Source of the DNA: Candidatus Omnitrophota bacterium
Lineage (GTDB): Bacteria; Omnitrophota; Gorgyraeia; Duberdicusellales; 4484-171
Length of the DNA: 64,000 bases
Direction: 5' to 3'
Assembly (NCBI GenBank): GCA_014729775.1
Contig: WJJJ01000022.1
Span: forward strand, 13,313 to 77,312
Both the position numbers and the translations under genes were made by a program. This document shows positions 20,537-30,340 of this stretch, one piece after another. The notes below the pieces were generated by a model. That model saw only the letters and a program-made list of their open reading frames with translations. It did no database searches and was not told the origin of the DNA. Position 1 is the stretch's first letter. Every line of letters begins with the position of its first letter.

Positions 20537-23064
20537 TGGTCCTCCTTTTTGGTAATACAGAACTTCCTTCGCGCCGCCGCGGCGCATATGCCGGCCATCA
20601 CCGCGATCACGCCGATTGCCGCGAACACGGTAATATCCCATCCCGCGAAGGTATATCCGCGCAAGACGTATCCCACCGCGGCCGCCGCGGCGATCGCCAT
20701 CACCACGCAATATCCGCAGTTACAGACGAACTTCTTTTTCTCCCCGGCAAACACCGCATCGGGAATAAGAGTGATAATCGCCGGCAGAATAATCAGGGTC
20801 GCGATACTGGACACCAGCATGATCGCGAACATAAAAAATCCTACCGTCCGGTAAGGGATAAGCGGCGCCACGAGGAGCGGCAAAAACCCGACCGCGATCA
20901 CCAGCGCGTTGCGCACAATCGCCCTGCCCGGCCCCTGAAACAAAAATCTGCTGGCCCGCTCCCATCCCGGATGTGCAGCATGAATTTCTCTCGCCCGCTG
21001 GATAAAATGTATCGCGAAATCAATAGAAAGACCCAGCGTCAGCGCCGAAAGCACCGCCACCGGCATATCGTAGTCTTTGCCTACGATCCCCAGCAACCCG
21101 TAAATACAGAGAATCGTCACGGTAAGCGGCACCATGGAAATCAGTCCCCGATACGGCGAACGGAATAAAAAAGTCATCATAAAAAACACGATAATGAAAC
21201 TCCCAAGAAAATTTTTCAGCATCCCGACGACCATTTTATCCTGCCATACCATATTAATATAGGTAAGTCCCGCCCAGTAAGATTCGAATTTATAAGGCGG
21301 CTTGTGCGTACGCATAAAATTGCTGGCCTGCGCGACCACCTGAGACATGTCTTTATTATCCCCGCTGTTGAGCTGAATCCAAAGATTTACCTTGTCATAA
21401 TCCGGAGTGGCCATATGCCACAAGTCGTCCGGTTTATGAGAATTTTCGTAGGAAATCAAGCACTGCGACACCGCCTGTTTTGTTTCGGGGACGGTGAAAT
21501 ATTCTTCCTCTCCGCCCATCAGTTCCATGTAGACTTTTTTCACGACATCGGTGAGGGAAGTCGATTTCCCTACCTGCCCCTGCTTCTCCAGATAACGCTG
21601 AAGCTGCTGGATATAATTGAGCATGTCGGGACGCTTGAACACGTCCTTGCCGTTTTCCGCTTCCAGGACCAGGTACGCGGTATAGGTACCGGCGAAGTGT
21701 TCGTTCAGTACCCTGTCGGCGATCCTTATCCGGTGATTTTCCGTGAACCAGCGAATCGGATTATCGTTTACCCGGATTTGGGAAATCCCGTAAATCGATA
21801 CCAGGATCACCGCGACCACGAACGAAAGGATAAGCTTGGCACGCTGGAGGGAAAACGTGCGCACCCCTTTGAGCACAACGTCGATCGCGCCGTGCGGACC
21901 GCTGCGGTCTTCTTTGGATGATCCCTTTTTCATCTTGCGCAGAGCGTTGTCGCTCAGCGCGCCGATGTAGGCGGGAATGAACGTCATGGTCAGCGCCCAG
22001 GCCAGCATCACCCCGATCGCCACGAATATTCCGAACGTCTGTACCGGGGGAATGGGGGAAAACGACAGGCTGAAGAAACCTACCGCCGAAGTCAAAGAAG
22101 TAAAGAGCATCGGCGAGAACAATTCCTCGATCGTTGCCAGCAGTGCGTCACGTTTATTATGACGTATGCGATATTGGTCAAAAAACTCGCTCAGGATGTG
22201 CACCGAATCCAGCACCGCGATCGGCATGAGAAAAATAGGGATCATCGAACTCATGATGTGCACCGGGAGTCCGAACCCGATCAGTAGCCCCATAGTAATC
22301 AGAACCGTTGCCACCGCCAGCAGCATCGGAGAAATAATAAGCCGCACGCTTTTAAAAAACAGCAGCATCAGCAGGAAAATTATCGCCCCCGCCAGCGGAG
22401 CGGAAACGGCCATTTGTTTGAACATCTCCACGCCGAAGGTATCTTCGGCGACGGGCAGGCCGGTAATGTAGTACTCTTCCTCTCCGGAAAACTCATCGAT
22501 AATTGCCTGGATCTCCCGGGAAATCCGGTAGCTCATGTCTTTGCGCTGGATCGGCACATAAATAGCCAGGGCTTTCCCGTCCCCGGACACCATTGTGCCC
22601 CGGAACATGGGATTATCGAGCGCCTCATCCCGGATCCGTTCCGCCTGAACAGCGGTCTCAATCGGCCCTGCCATCAGCCACTCGAAGACCACGGTCCCGG
22701 GTCCTCCCTGGCGGATATTATCTTTGGTGGAGGGAGCGATAATTTCCCGGGAGATCACGCCGTCGATTTTTTTAATCCGCTCGGTAATGCGATACACCCG
22801 GTTGAGCGTCTCCGCCTGAAACACTCCTTGGGGACTCCCCTCCCGCACGACGCCGACCACGATAAAATCGTAAATCCCGAATTCCTCTTTTACCTGGTCG
22901 TGACGCAGGCGCACCGGTTCGTCACGAGGCAGCATATTCTCCGGATCGGTGTCAACCTGGATCCGGGAGAACTGGCTCACCCCCAAAACCACCGCGATCG
23001 TAACCACGGCAAACACCGGCTTCGGCCGGCGGAAACACCACCGGACAATTTTTGCGAACATCAT
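20533..23064 (-). CDS. MMPL/RND-superfamily exporter (HpnN-like, 12-TM with two SSD-like bundles)
   Basis: 843 aa with duplicated 6-TM bundles and large periplasmic loops, typical of MMPL/RND exporters. Confidence 0.8.
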   Translation of the reverse strand: MMFAKIVRWCFRRPKPVFAVVTIAVVLGVSQFSRIQVDTDPENMLPRDEPVRLRHDQVKEEFGIYDFIVVGVVREGSPQGVFQAETLNRVYRITERIKKIDGVISREIIAPSTKDNIRQGGPGTVVFEWLMAGPIETAVQAERIRDEALDNPMFRGTMVSGDGKALAIYVPIQRKDMSYRISREIQAIIDEFSGEEEYYITGLPVAEDTFGVEMFKQMAVSAPLAGAIIFLLMLLFFKSVRLIISPMLLAVATVLITMGLLIGFGLPVHIMSSMIPIFLMPIAVLDSVHILSEFFDQYRIRHNKRDALLATIEELFSPMLFTSLTSAVGFFSLSFSPIPPVQTFGIFVAIGVMLAWALTMTFIPAYIGALSDNALRKMKKGSSKEDRSGPHGAIDVVLKGVRTFSLQRAKLILSFVVAVILVSIYGISQIRVNDNPIRWFTENHRIRIADRVLNEHFAGTYTAYLVLEAENGKDVFKRPDMLNYIQQLQRYLEKQGQVGKSTSLTDVVKKVYMELMGGEEEYFTVPETKQAVSQCLISYENSHKPDDLWHMATPDYDKVNLWIQLNSGDNKDMSQVVAQASNFMRTHKPPYKFESYWAGLTYINMVWQDKMVVGMLKNFLGSFIIVFFMMTFLFRSPYRGLISMVPLTVTILCIYGLLGIVGKDYDMPVAVLSALTLGLSIDFAIHFIQRAREIHAAHPGWERASRFLFQGPGRAIVRNALVIAVGFLPLLVAPLIPYRTVGFFMFAIMLVSSIATLIILPAIITLIPDAVFAGEKKKFVCNCGYCVVMAIAAAAAVGYVLRGYTFAGWDITVFAAIGVIAVMAGICAAAARRKFCITKKEDQ

Positions 23065-23150
23065 GCACCCCTCTTTTTTTCAGCCACGATAAATCGTATC
23101 ATCCTGCTATTTATTAAGGTTTACGAATATGTCAAGAGAAGCCCGGTCTT

Positions 23151-23645
23151 TTATGAACGACGGCTTAAGACCGTCTTCTTCAAAGCGGTAAGACGCACGT
23201 AGTGGTTTTTCTCTTCTTGGATGATTTTTTCCACGGCCGGCTGTTTTTCCGCGGGAAGATATTCCTGAAGCGCACTGTAGGTGAGGATTGATTCTTTTTC
23301 TATGAATATCCCGAAATCCACGGCTTCTCTTTCGGAGGAGAACGACTCAGCCCGCGTTCCCTTCACAAGTTCGGCGGTGAACACGTAGTTTTCCGCGATC
23401 GCCCTGATATAGGCCTGGTATTCACCCGGCTGGTATTCATAAATGTCGCTTTCTTCTGCTTCCGCCAACATCTTCTCGAATATCTGCCAGTGAACCGCTT
23501 CCTGCTCTTTGAGATAGTTCCAAATTTCGCGCACCGCCGGGGTTTCCGCGCGCGACGCAAGTTCCCCATAAAGTTTTTTCCCGTTTTGCTCGACCTGCAT
23601 CGCCAGACGGAAAATCTCTCCGATGTTAAACTGTTCCTTCATCAT
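23151..23645 (-). CDS. Rubrerythrin-like / ferritin-like diiron family protein
   Basis: 164 aa four-helix-bundle pattern with E..H pairs (EQEAVHWQ, EEKNHY). Overlaps the FDP gene by 4 bp. Confidence 0.6.
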   Translation of the reverse strand: MMKEQFNIGEIFRLAMQVEQNGKKLYGELASRAETPAVREIWNYLKEQEAVHWQIFEKMLAEAEESDIYEYQPGEYQAYIRAIAENYVFTAELVKGTRAESFSSEREAVDFGIFIEKESILTYSALQEYLPAEKQPAVEKIIQEEKNHYVRLTALKKTVLSRRS

Positions 23646-24847
23646 GCCTCCTTCTTCGGAATCTGCCCGGCAAGCGATGAAGCGGCTTCTTCGAGACGGG
23701 CGTCGATTTCCCTGCCGGGCACGTACTGCGCATACACTGGTTCATGTCCGGGGGCAATGCCCGCATCGCGCAGCCAATCCTCCATCTCACGAAACCCTCC
23801 GGGAGCCCATCCGTAGGAACCGAAGGTAAAGCCCCGCCTGTTCTTCGGTTTCAATCCCCGCATATACGTAAGGAGCCCGGCCACCGCGGGCAGTACATGG
23901 TTGTTGAGCATCGGACTTCCCACTGCAACCAGCCGGGCCCGCATCACCTCGGTGATCACGGATGAATTATCGCTCACCTGTAAGTTGATCAGGCGCGTGG
24001 AAAGACCGGCCCGGACAAATCCGGAATACAGTTTCTGTGCCATCTTCTCGGTTGAGCCCCACATCGTGTCATAAATAACCACGGCACGCGGCCAGCTTTC
24101 ATAACGGGCCCATTCCCCGTACAAAGAAAGAATCCGCGCGATGTCTTCGGGACGGCGCCAGATCAATCCGTGCGAGGGACAGATCATTTTTAGGGAAAGA
24201 TCCCCGATTCCGCTCAGCACTTTTTCCACCTGCCGTCCATAGGGCAGCACAATATTGGCGTAGTATTTCTCGGCTTCCCGAAGAGCGGTTTCCGTTCCCG
24301 CTTCGTCCGCAAAGCGCTCCGTGCTCGCGTAGTGCTGGCCGAACGCGTCGTTCGAAAACAGAATCCCCTGCTCGGGAAGGAACGACACCATTGAATCCGG
24401 CCAGTGCACCATCGGCGTGTGCACAAACCGAAGCGAATACTTTCCCAGGGAAAGCTCGTCTCCGCTGTTCACCACTTTCCAGCGCACGCGGCCGGGATCG
24501 CCGCCCCGCGTGAAAAACTGTTTTTCCAAGGCCTGTTTTCCCTGGGGCGAACAGACTAATTCGGCCCGGGGACATCGCTCCCACAGCCGGAAGATACTGC
24601 CGGAATGATCCATTTCGGCGTGCTGAGACACAAGGTAGCGGATCGCGGACAAATCGACGACTTCCTCCAAGGCGGCGCGCATTTCCTCCCACCCGTAATG
24701 CTTCACGGTGTCGATCAGCGCCGGCTGTTCATCACGAACCAGATAGGCGTTGTAGGTACTCCCGCCGGGCGTTTGGTACCCGTGAAAATTGCGCAAGTTC
24801 CAGTCAATGTAGCCGGTCCAGTAAATATCCGGTGCGATTGCGATCAT
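23642..24847 (-). CDS. Flavodiiron protein (FprA/ROO-type, metallo-beta-lactamase + flavodoxin domains)
   Basis: 401 aa with HAEMDHSG diiron-site motif in the MBL-like domain and a C-terminal flavodoxin-like domain. Confidence 0.85.
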   Translation of the reverse strand: MIAIAPDIYWTGYIDWNLRNFHGYQTPGGSTYNAYLVRDEQPALIDTVKHYGWEEMRAALEEVVDLSAIRYLVSQHAEMDHSGSIFRLWERCPRAELVCSPQGKQALEKQFFTRGGDPGRVRWKVVNSGDELSLGKYSLRFVHTPMVHWPDSMVSFLPEQGILFSNDAFGQHYASTERFADEAGTETALREAEKYYANIVLPYGRQVEKVLSGIGDLSLKMICPSHGLIWRRPEDIARILSLYGEWARYESWPRAVVIYDTMWGSTEKMAQKLYSGFVRAGLSTRLINLQVSDNSSVITEVMRARLVAVGSPMLNNHVLPAVAGLLTYMRGLKPKNRRGFTFGSYGWAPGGFREMEDWLRDAGIAPGHEPVYAQYVPGREIDARLEEAASSLAGQIPKKEA

Positions 24848-24872
24848 GCCGTCTCTCTTTGCCTCCCCGGTA

Positions 24873-25220
24873 TTACTTCATAAAGGAAATGGACAAAGGA
24901 TAACTCATCTCTTCGCCCTTATTTACTTTTAATGCAGCAATCACGATCATGATGATATTGAACAGCCCGATCACCCATAACAGTACGATCCCTATCACGA
25001 GAAACACCAGCAGCAGGGAAATCACTGCGTATATCGTGATTGAAATCTGGAAATTTAGCGCTTTCTTGCCTTCCTTGTCGATCAGCGCCGATTCGTCTTT
25101 CTTTATCATCCAAAGCACCAGCGGCGCGATGATGTTCCCGAACGGTATCACATAGCCCGCGAGCGCTCCCAGGTGGCAAAACATCGCCCATACTTTCTCT
25201 TGTTTCGGATCTCCCGCCAT
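24873..25220 (-). CDS. DUF4870-family membrane protein
   Basis: 115 aa with two or three TM helices and a conserved N-terminal region (KVWAMFCHLGALAG). Confidence 0.5.
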   Translation of the reverse strand: MAGDPKQEKVWAMFCHLGALAGYVIPFGNIIAPLVLWMIKKDESALIDKEGKKALNFQISITIYAVISLLLVFLVIGIVLLWVIGLFNIIMIVIAALKVNKGEEMSYPLSISFMK

Positions 25221-25315
25221 GTACAGCCTCCTTCCGTTTTCACGCTTGCCGCGCCTTCCCGGGACACCGTGTCCGCGCCAGCGCGAATCCCGGCTCCGGA
25301 AAGGCGCGCACAGTC

Positions 25316-25807
25316 TTATTTACCGATCATACTCAGATCTTCGGCCAACGCTTCCAGATCCTCTTCATGCTCGATTTCATCGCCTAAGATCTGCAATACC
25401 ATGTGGTAGGTGACGATGTCTTTTCCTTTCACGAACTCCATGAGCTCTTTGTACACGTCGATCGCGCACTGCTCACCCTTAATATTCTGTTCGAGCAGCG
25501 CGGCGACTTTCGGATCCGCCGGCGCGTCGTATCCGCAATTCGTTTCCTTGTACCATTCTTCGGGAGTCAACAGCGGTGTGCCGCCCAGCTGAATAATTCG
25601 CTCAGCGATCATGTCGGCGTGTTTCAGTTCCTCCTGGGCGTGCTCAACAAGTTCCTCGGTTACCTCGGTTCTCATCGGCCCTTTGGCGACCTTGGCCCCC
25701 ATCCAGTACTGGTAGTAGGCGAGCCATTCATCGGCGAGCGCCTTGTTCAATTTTTTTATCAACTGCTCGATATCCACGTCAACGATCTCTCTTCCTCTGG
25801 TTCCCAT
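25316..25807 (-). CDS. Ferritin/Dps-like family protein
   Basis: 163 aa ferritin-like helices with E/H ligands (EELKHADMIAERIIQLGG, GDEIEHEED). AAGGAGG RBS upstream. Confidence 0.65.
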   Translation of the reverse strand: MGTRGREIVDVDIEQLIKKLNKALADEWLAYYQYWMGAKVAKGPMRTEVTEELVEHAQEELKHADMIAERIIQLGGTPLLTPEEWYKETNCGYDAPADPKVAALLEQNIKGEQCAIDVYKELMEFVKGKDIVTYHMVLQILGDEIEHEEDLEALAEDLSMIGK

Positions 25808-25836
25808 TGACTCCTCCTTTCGTTCTTTCGCGGCAA

Positions 25837-26001
25837 TTACTCTTCAACCGGTTCAAACTGACTCTTATCCACTCCGCAGACTGGACACACCCAGGAATCA
25901 GGGATATTTTCAAATAACGTCCCCGGCTCCACCCCGCTGTCAGGATCCCCGACCTCCGGATCGTACTCATATCCGCACACGACGCACCGATATTTTTTCA
26001 T
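25837..26001 (-). CDS. Rubredoxin
   Basis: 54-aa ORF, below the 60-aa track cutoff: [54 protein letters not shown]. It has both CxxCG knuckles and an AAGGAGG RBS. Confidence 0.8.
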   Translation of the reverse strand: MKKYRCVVCGYEYDPEVGDPDSGVEPGTLFENIPDSWVCPVCGVDKSQFEPVEE

Positions 26002-26089
26002 GCTTCCTCCTTTCTTTGAGCCCTAATTGTACCATATCCGTTCCGCTTGTAAAGCAGCACCGCCGGCACGTTTTTTCCCGAAGGGAATA

Positions 26090-26788
26090 TTACCGCGGAT
26101 GCACGTTTTTCGGAACGCGCGGCCGGTCATGACGGGCCCGCAATACCCGTTTCATCCCGTACACCGCGGCGAAGACAACCAGCGCGATCCCCAGGATCCA
26201 CGCATTCCGGGGATTGTACAAAACTTTGATCAGAGACGCGCCGAAGAACACCAGTGCGAACGATCCCGGCATAATCCCGATCAACGTAGCCAAAAAATAA
26301 TCCCGGAACCTTACTTTGGTCAGCCCCAGACTCAAATTTTGTATGTCCCAGGCGACATTGGGAATAAGACGAACCAGCAGTACCGTGAGAAAACCGTGCG
26401 TCTCGATCCTCCTGTCAAGTCCCTGCGCCCTGCCTTTCAAATATTTCGCGACCGTATCTCTGGCGAAATAACGCGCGATAAAGAACTCTGTCGCGGCGGA
26501 AATATTGGCGGCGATCTGTAAATAGAGGAACCCGAGCCAGGCGCCCCAAATAACTCCCGCGGCGGCCGAAAGCACTCCGGCGGGGAACAGGATCAGCGGA
26601 CGCAGCACATAAATTACGATATAACCCACCGGACCCCACCCGCCCAAAGAAACGACCCACGCCCGGAAATCCTCCCTTTCTATTCCGGAGAAGTCCACTC
26701 CCCGCAGACGCAGAGCCGTGAATACCCCTCCGAGGAGCGCCACCAGAAGAATTACCTTAATCCACGGCTGCAGGTTTCCTTTACTCAT
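26090..26788 (-). CDS. TVP38/TMEM64 (DedA) family membrane protein
   Basis: 232 aa with multiple TM helices and DedA-type conserved segments. Confidence 0.8.
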   Translation of the reverse strand: MSKGNLQPWIKVILLVALLGGVFTALRLRGVDFSGIEREDFRAWVVSLGGWGPVGYIVIYVLRPLILFPAGVLSAAAGVIWGAWLGFLYLQIAANISAATEFFIARYFARDTVAKYLKGRAQGLDRRIETHGFLTVLLVRLIPNVAWDIQNLSLGLTKVRFRDYFLATLIGIMPGSFALVFFGASLIKVLYNPRNAWILGIALVVFAAVYGMKRVLRARHDRPRVPKNVHPR

Positions 26789-26830
26789 ACGCCGATTTCT
26801 TTTTCATATGATTTTCCCGTCACCGCCGCT

Positions 26831-28261
26831 TCACTTTTGGCGCAAAAAACCCAGGAGGGTCTTTACCAGCGGATTCTCCATCTTCTCGCTCAGCGACTGC
26901 GCCGCGGTTTTTTGAATCAACTGGGAAAGTGTCGGATACACGAACAGCACTTCAGCCAGTTTAGGAAAGGGGATACGCAGTGTTTTCGCCAGAAGCAATC
27001 CCTGCACTACCTCGCCCGCGTCGGCCCCGGCCATGTGTGCGCCGAGCAGGTTTCCCTTTTGATCGGTAATCACCTTTAGCATCCCCTCCTGCTCCATATC
27101 GGTTTTGGCGCGGTCGCTGCTGCGGTACTGCTCCCCGTAGACTTTGACTTCTCCGTATTCCCGCCGGGCCTGCGTTTCAGTAAGCCCGATGTGGGCGATT
27201 TCCGGCTCGATAAACGTCGCCCACCCCACGCTGCCGTAATCCGCCTTCTGCCACGCGACCCGTTTCAATAACGCGTTACGCACGCATACCGCTGCCTGGT
27301 ACGCGGCCACGTGCGTGAACAGATAGGGACCGACCACATCCCCGGCCGCGAATATATCCTCCTGCGAGGTCTGTAAGAAGTCATTGACCTCCACGCCTTT
27401 CTTCGACGTTTTCACGCCGATCTTCTCAAGCCGGAGCCCTTCCAGATTCGGCACCCGTCCGGTCGCGGCGAGGATATGTTCGGCCTCGATCTCTTCCCGC
27501 TGTCCCTCTCCGCGTTCGATCGTGACTACCGCCTGCTCCTTCCGGCGGACAGCGCGCACCGCTTTCGTTGCGGTCAAGATACGAATGCCGTCTTCTTCGA
27601 GTTTCCTCCGGATAAATTCCGACAGATCCTCTTCTTCATGACCGAGAATGCGCGGCGCCATCTCCACGAGCGTAACCTGCGCGCCCAGCCGAGTAAAAGC
27701 CTGGGCCATTTCCACGCCTACCGGTCCTCCCCCCAAAACAATCAGGCTTTCCGGGACCTGGTCCAGTTCAAATACCTGTTCATTGGTAAGATATCCGGCT
27801 TCCTGCAGACCTTCGACCGGAGGCACCGCCGCGTGTGACCCCGTGCAAAGGATGATTTTTTTCGCGCTGACCCGCTGTCCATGCACCGTGAGCGTATGAC
27901 CGTTCTCAAACTGCGGATTCCCGATAAGTACGCGGATACCCCGGTCTTCGAACACCTCCGGTATTTCTTCGGCGTATACTTCTTCCCGGACACGGCGGAC
28001 ATGCTCCATTACTTTTTTACAATCCACGCGGCAGGACTCCGCCCTCACGCCAAACCGCTCAGCCGTGCGGATCGCGTGAGCCGCGTGTCCGGCCTTCAAA
28101 AGGGCTTTTGACGGGATGCATCCATACCAGGTACAGTCGCCGCCCAATTTCTTTTTTTCTATAAGGCAGGTTTTGGCACCCAGCCGATTCGCCACGTTCA
28201 CCGCGAACAAACCAGCCGCTCCTCCGCCGATTACCGCCAAATCGTATTCACTGCATTTCAT
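26831..28261 (-). CDS. FAD-dependent pyridine nucleotide-disulfide oxidoreductase (mercuric reductase / lipoamide dehydrogenase-like)
   Basis: GxGxxG FAD motif (VIGGGAAG) and redox-active disulfide GGDCTWYGCIPSK. Start chosen at the ATG at 28261 with an AAGGAG RBS. Confidence 0.8.
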   Translation of the reverse strand: MKCSEYDLAVIGGGAAGLFAVNVANRLGAKTCLIEKKKLGGDCTWYGCIPSKALLKAGHAAHAIRTAERFGVRAESCRVDCKKVMEHVRRVREEVYAEEIPEVFEDRGIRVLIGNPQFENGHTLTVHGQRVSAKKIILCTGSHAAVPPVEGLQEAGYLTNEQVFELDQVPESLIVLGGGPVGVEMAQAFTRLGAQVTLVEMAPRILGHEEEDLSEFIRRKLEEDGIRILTATKAVRAVRRKEQAVVTIERGEGQREEIEAEHILAATGRVPNLEGLRLEKIGVKTSKKGVEVNDFLQTSQEDIFAAGDVVGPYLFTHVAAYQAAVCVRNALLKRVAWQKADYGSVGWATFIEPEIAHIGLTETQARREYGEVKVYGEQYRSSDRAKTDMEQEGMLKVITDQKGNLLGAHMAGADAGEVVQGLLLAKTLRIPFPKLAEVLFVYPTLSQLIQKTAAQSLSEKMENPLVKTLLGFLRQK

Positions 28262-28358
28262 CCCATTTTCTCCTTGCTCCCCCTGCCGCACCCCTATTCT
28301 TTACGCTCGTGCATTCCGGTCCTATTATCCACTCCGATAATATCGAATGCGGATGAGT

Positions 28359-29033
28359 TCACCGCACTTCTGGATAGTATTTCTTCAATTTTTCAGACGG
28401 AAATCCGCACCAATACGCGACGGTCAGAATCCAGTTACAGGCCGTAGTCCGCAACAGCCCCTGCCTTTTCCACCGCCGGGGCGAACAGGTGACCCGCGCG
28501 CAGAGCACCCTTCTTTTGCCAATTCTCTTCAGCTTACGCGAAAACTGCACGTCATCGAATAAAGGGAGTTCGTCGAATCCCCCTACCGCAAAGAATGCGT
28601 CTCTTCTCACAAAGACCGCCTGATCGCCGTAATACACCCCGAATATTCTGGCCCGGAAATTCCCGGAAGACTCGATCATCCGGAAAATGAATCCGGAGGC
28701 CTCGATCCTCTGAGAAAAACACCCCGCGGCACATCCATCAGAAATCGCGCGTTTCATTTCCGCGATTCCCTCTTTCTTTACCCGGGTATCGGCATGGAGA
28801 AAGAGCAGCACCTCACCTCTTGCCTGCCGGGCAGCGGTGTTTAACTGCCTGGCCCTGCCCCGCGCACTCCGGATCAGTCGCACGGGATAGCGGCGCGCCA
28901 CCGCGCACGTCTCATCCGCACTTCCGCCGTCCGCCACGATCACCTCATCCGCCGAGCTAAACGGGAAATTTTCGCACGTCGTCTTTAATTCCCGCTCCTC
29001 GTTCAGCGCGGGAATAATCACGGAAATCCTCAT
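28359..29033 (-). CDS. Glycosyltransferase family 2 (TIGR04283-like)
   Basis: MRISVIIPALNEE N-terminus and a GT-A fold DxD region (ADGGSAD). Confidence 0.75.
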   Translation of the reverse strand: MRISVIIPALNEERELKTTCENFPFSSADEVIVADGGSADETCAVARRYPVRLIRSARGRARQLNTAARQARGEVLLFLHADTRVKKEGIAEMKRAISDGCAAGCFSQRIEASGFIFRMIESSGNFRARIFGVYYGDQAVFVRRDAFFAVGGFDELPLFDDVQFSRKLKRIGKRRVLCARVTCSPRRWKRQGLLRTTACNWILTVAYWCGFPSEKLKKYYPEVR

Positions 29034-29137
29034 TACACTTTCTCCGGTTCTTTTACTCTACCAGAAACCGTCGGAGGAAGTATCGCCGGGATCCCCTTTT
29101 TATTGACCTTTTTCCCTTTACCGGGAGCGCAGAAATA

Positions 29138-30340
29138 TTATTCAGCCCGGGCGAGATAGGAACCGAAGACGAGCAGTAAAATACCCGCGAGACCGGTCAC
29201 GGCCGCGCCGTAGAAAAACGCGGATTGAGGAGAAATCCACTGCCAAAGACTCCCGACGATCAGTCCTTCAAGCACGCCGACAAAGCCGATCGTGGCGTGA
29301 AACACGCCTAAGGCGGTCGCCTTGAGGTGCGCCGGAGCCAGGTCGGCAATATATGCCCGTTCGTTCGCGTCGACAATCGCCATCACTACGCCGTAGAGAC
29401 AGAAGAGCACCAGAAACATACTGAACGACTGATAAAACGCGAAGCCCAGCGCGGTGAGCGCGAAAAGAAAATATCCGGCCGCGAGCACTTTCCGCCGGCC
29501 GATCTTGTCGGATAATATGCCGAAAGGCATCGATCCCGATGCGTACACGATATTGGAAATAATATAGAGCAGAATGGGAAGGGCGTTGGCGGAAAGCCCG
29601 GTACGCGTGGCAGAAAAATATTCGCGGGCGCGCAGAAGAAAAAACATATAGCTGAAATTCGCCAGATAAAACACCGCGGCGATAAAAATAAACGCTTTGA
29701 GCGGGCCGGAAAGACTCCTTAGGCTCAGGGAAAAGGTCACGCTTTGCGGCGCCGCCTTTTTGGCTTTGATGAGCAGGACCGGAAGCAGTGAGGTAAAAGA
29801 AAACGCCGCGGCGATAAAAATAATGGCGCGGAAATCGAACCGGAACACCCAGTACAACAGCAGCGTGACCGCCGCTCCGGCAACCGCCCCGAGCGTATCG
29901 CACATCCGGTGAAATCCAAACCCCTTGCCGCGCTGTCCCGGCAGAGAATCAGCAAGGATCGCGTCCCGCGGCGCGGTGCGCAGGCCCTTGCCGATCCGTT
30001 CCAGACCGGTAAAAATGAGTACGTGCTGCCACATTCGGGAAAACCCGAGCAACAGCTTGAACACTGCGGAATTCAGATAGCCCAAAAACACGAACCGTTT
30101 ACGATCCCCGGTTTTATCGGCCATGTACCCGCTCATAATCTTCACCAGGCTGGACACGCTCTCACGGACCCCGCTGATGACCCCGACCGCGAACCCTCCT
30201 CCGCCGAGCGAAGCGATAAACAAAGGCAGAATCGGCATGATCATCTCACTGCTTAAATCATTCAGGAAGCTGACCAGCCCCAGCAGATACACGTTCTTCT
30301 TTCTCTTTTCTCCCTTCTTCATGGATTGTTCACTCTTCAT
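29138..30340 (-). CDS. MFS transporter
   Basis: 400 aa with 12 predicted TM helices and MFS loop motifs. Confidence 0.8.
   Translation of the reverse strand: MKSEQSMKKGEKRKKNVYLLGLVSFLNDLSSEMIMPILPLFIASLGGGGFAVGVISGVRESVSSLVKIMSGYMADKTGDRKRFVFLGYLNSAVFKLLLGFSRMWQHVLIFTGLERIGKGLRTAPRDAILADSLPGQRGKGFGFHRMCDTLGAVAGAAVTLLLYWVFRFDFRAIIFIAAAFSFTSLLPVLLIKAKKAAPQSVTFSLSLRSLSGPLKAFIFIAAVFYLANFSYMFFLLRAREYFSATRTGLSANALPILLYIISNIVYASGSMPFGILSDKIGRRKVLAAGYFLFALTALGFAFYQSFSMFLVLFCLYGVVMAIVDANERAYIADLAPAHLKATALGVFHATIGFVGVLEGLIVGSLWQWISPQSAFFYGAAVTGLAGILLLVFGSYLARAE

Noticed and set aside
19736-20710. Extended 324-aa version of the LolA-like ORF
   Set aside because: The N-terminal 58 aa are Arg/Gly-rich and overlap the MMPL gene. 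The internal ATG at 20536 has a strong AAGGAGG RBS and a signal peptide, and gives an ATGA overlap with the MMPL stop.
19841-20854. Plus-strand 337-aa ORF
   Set aside because: It is antisense to the LolA-like and MMPL genes and has no recognisable motifs.
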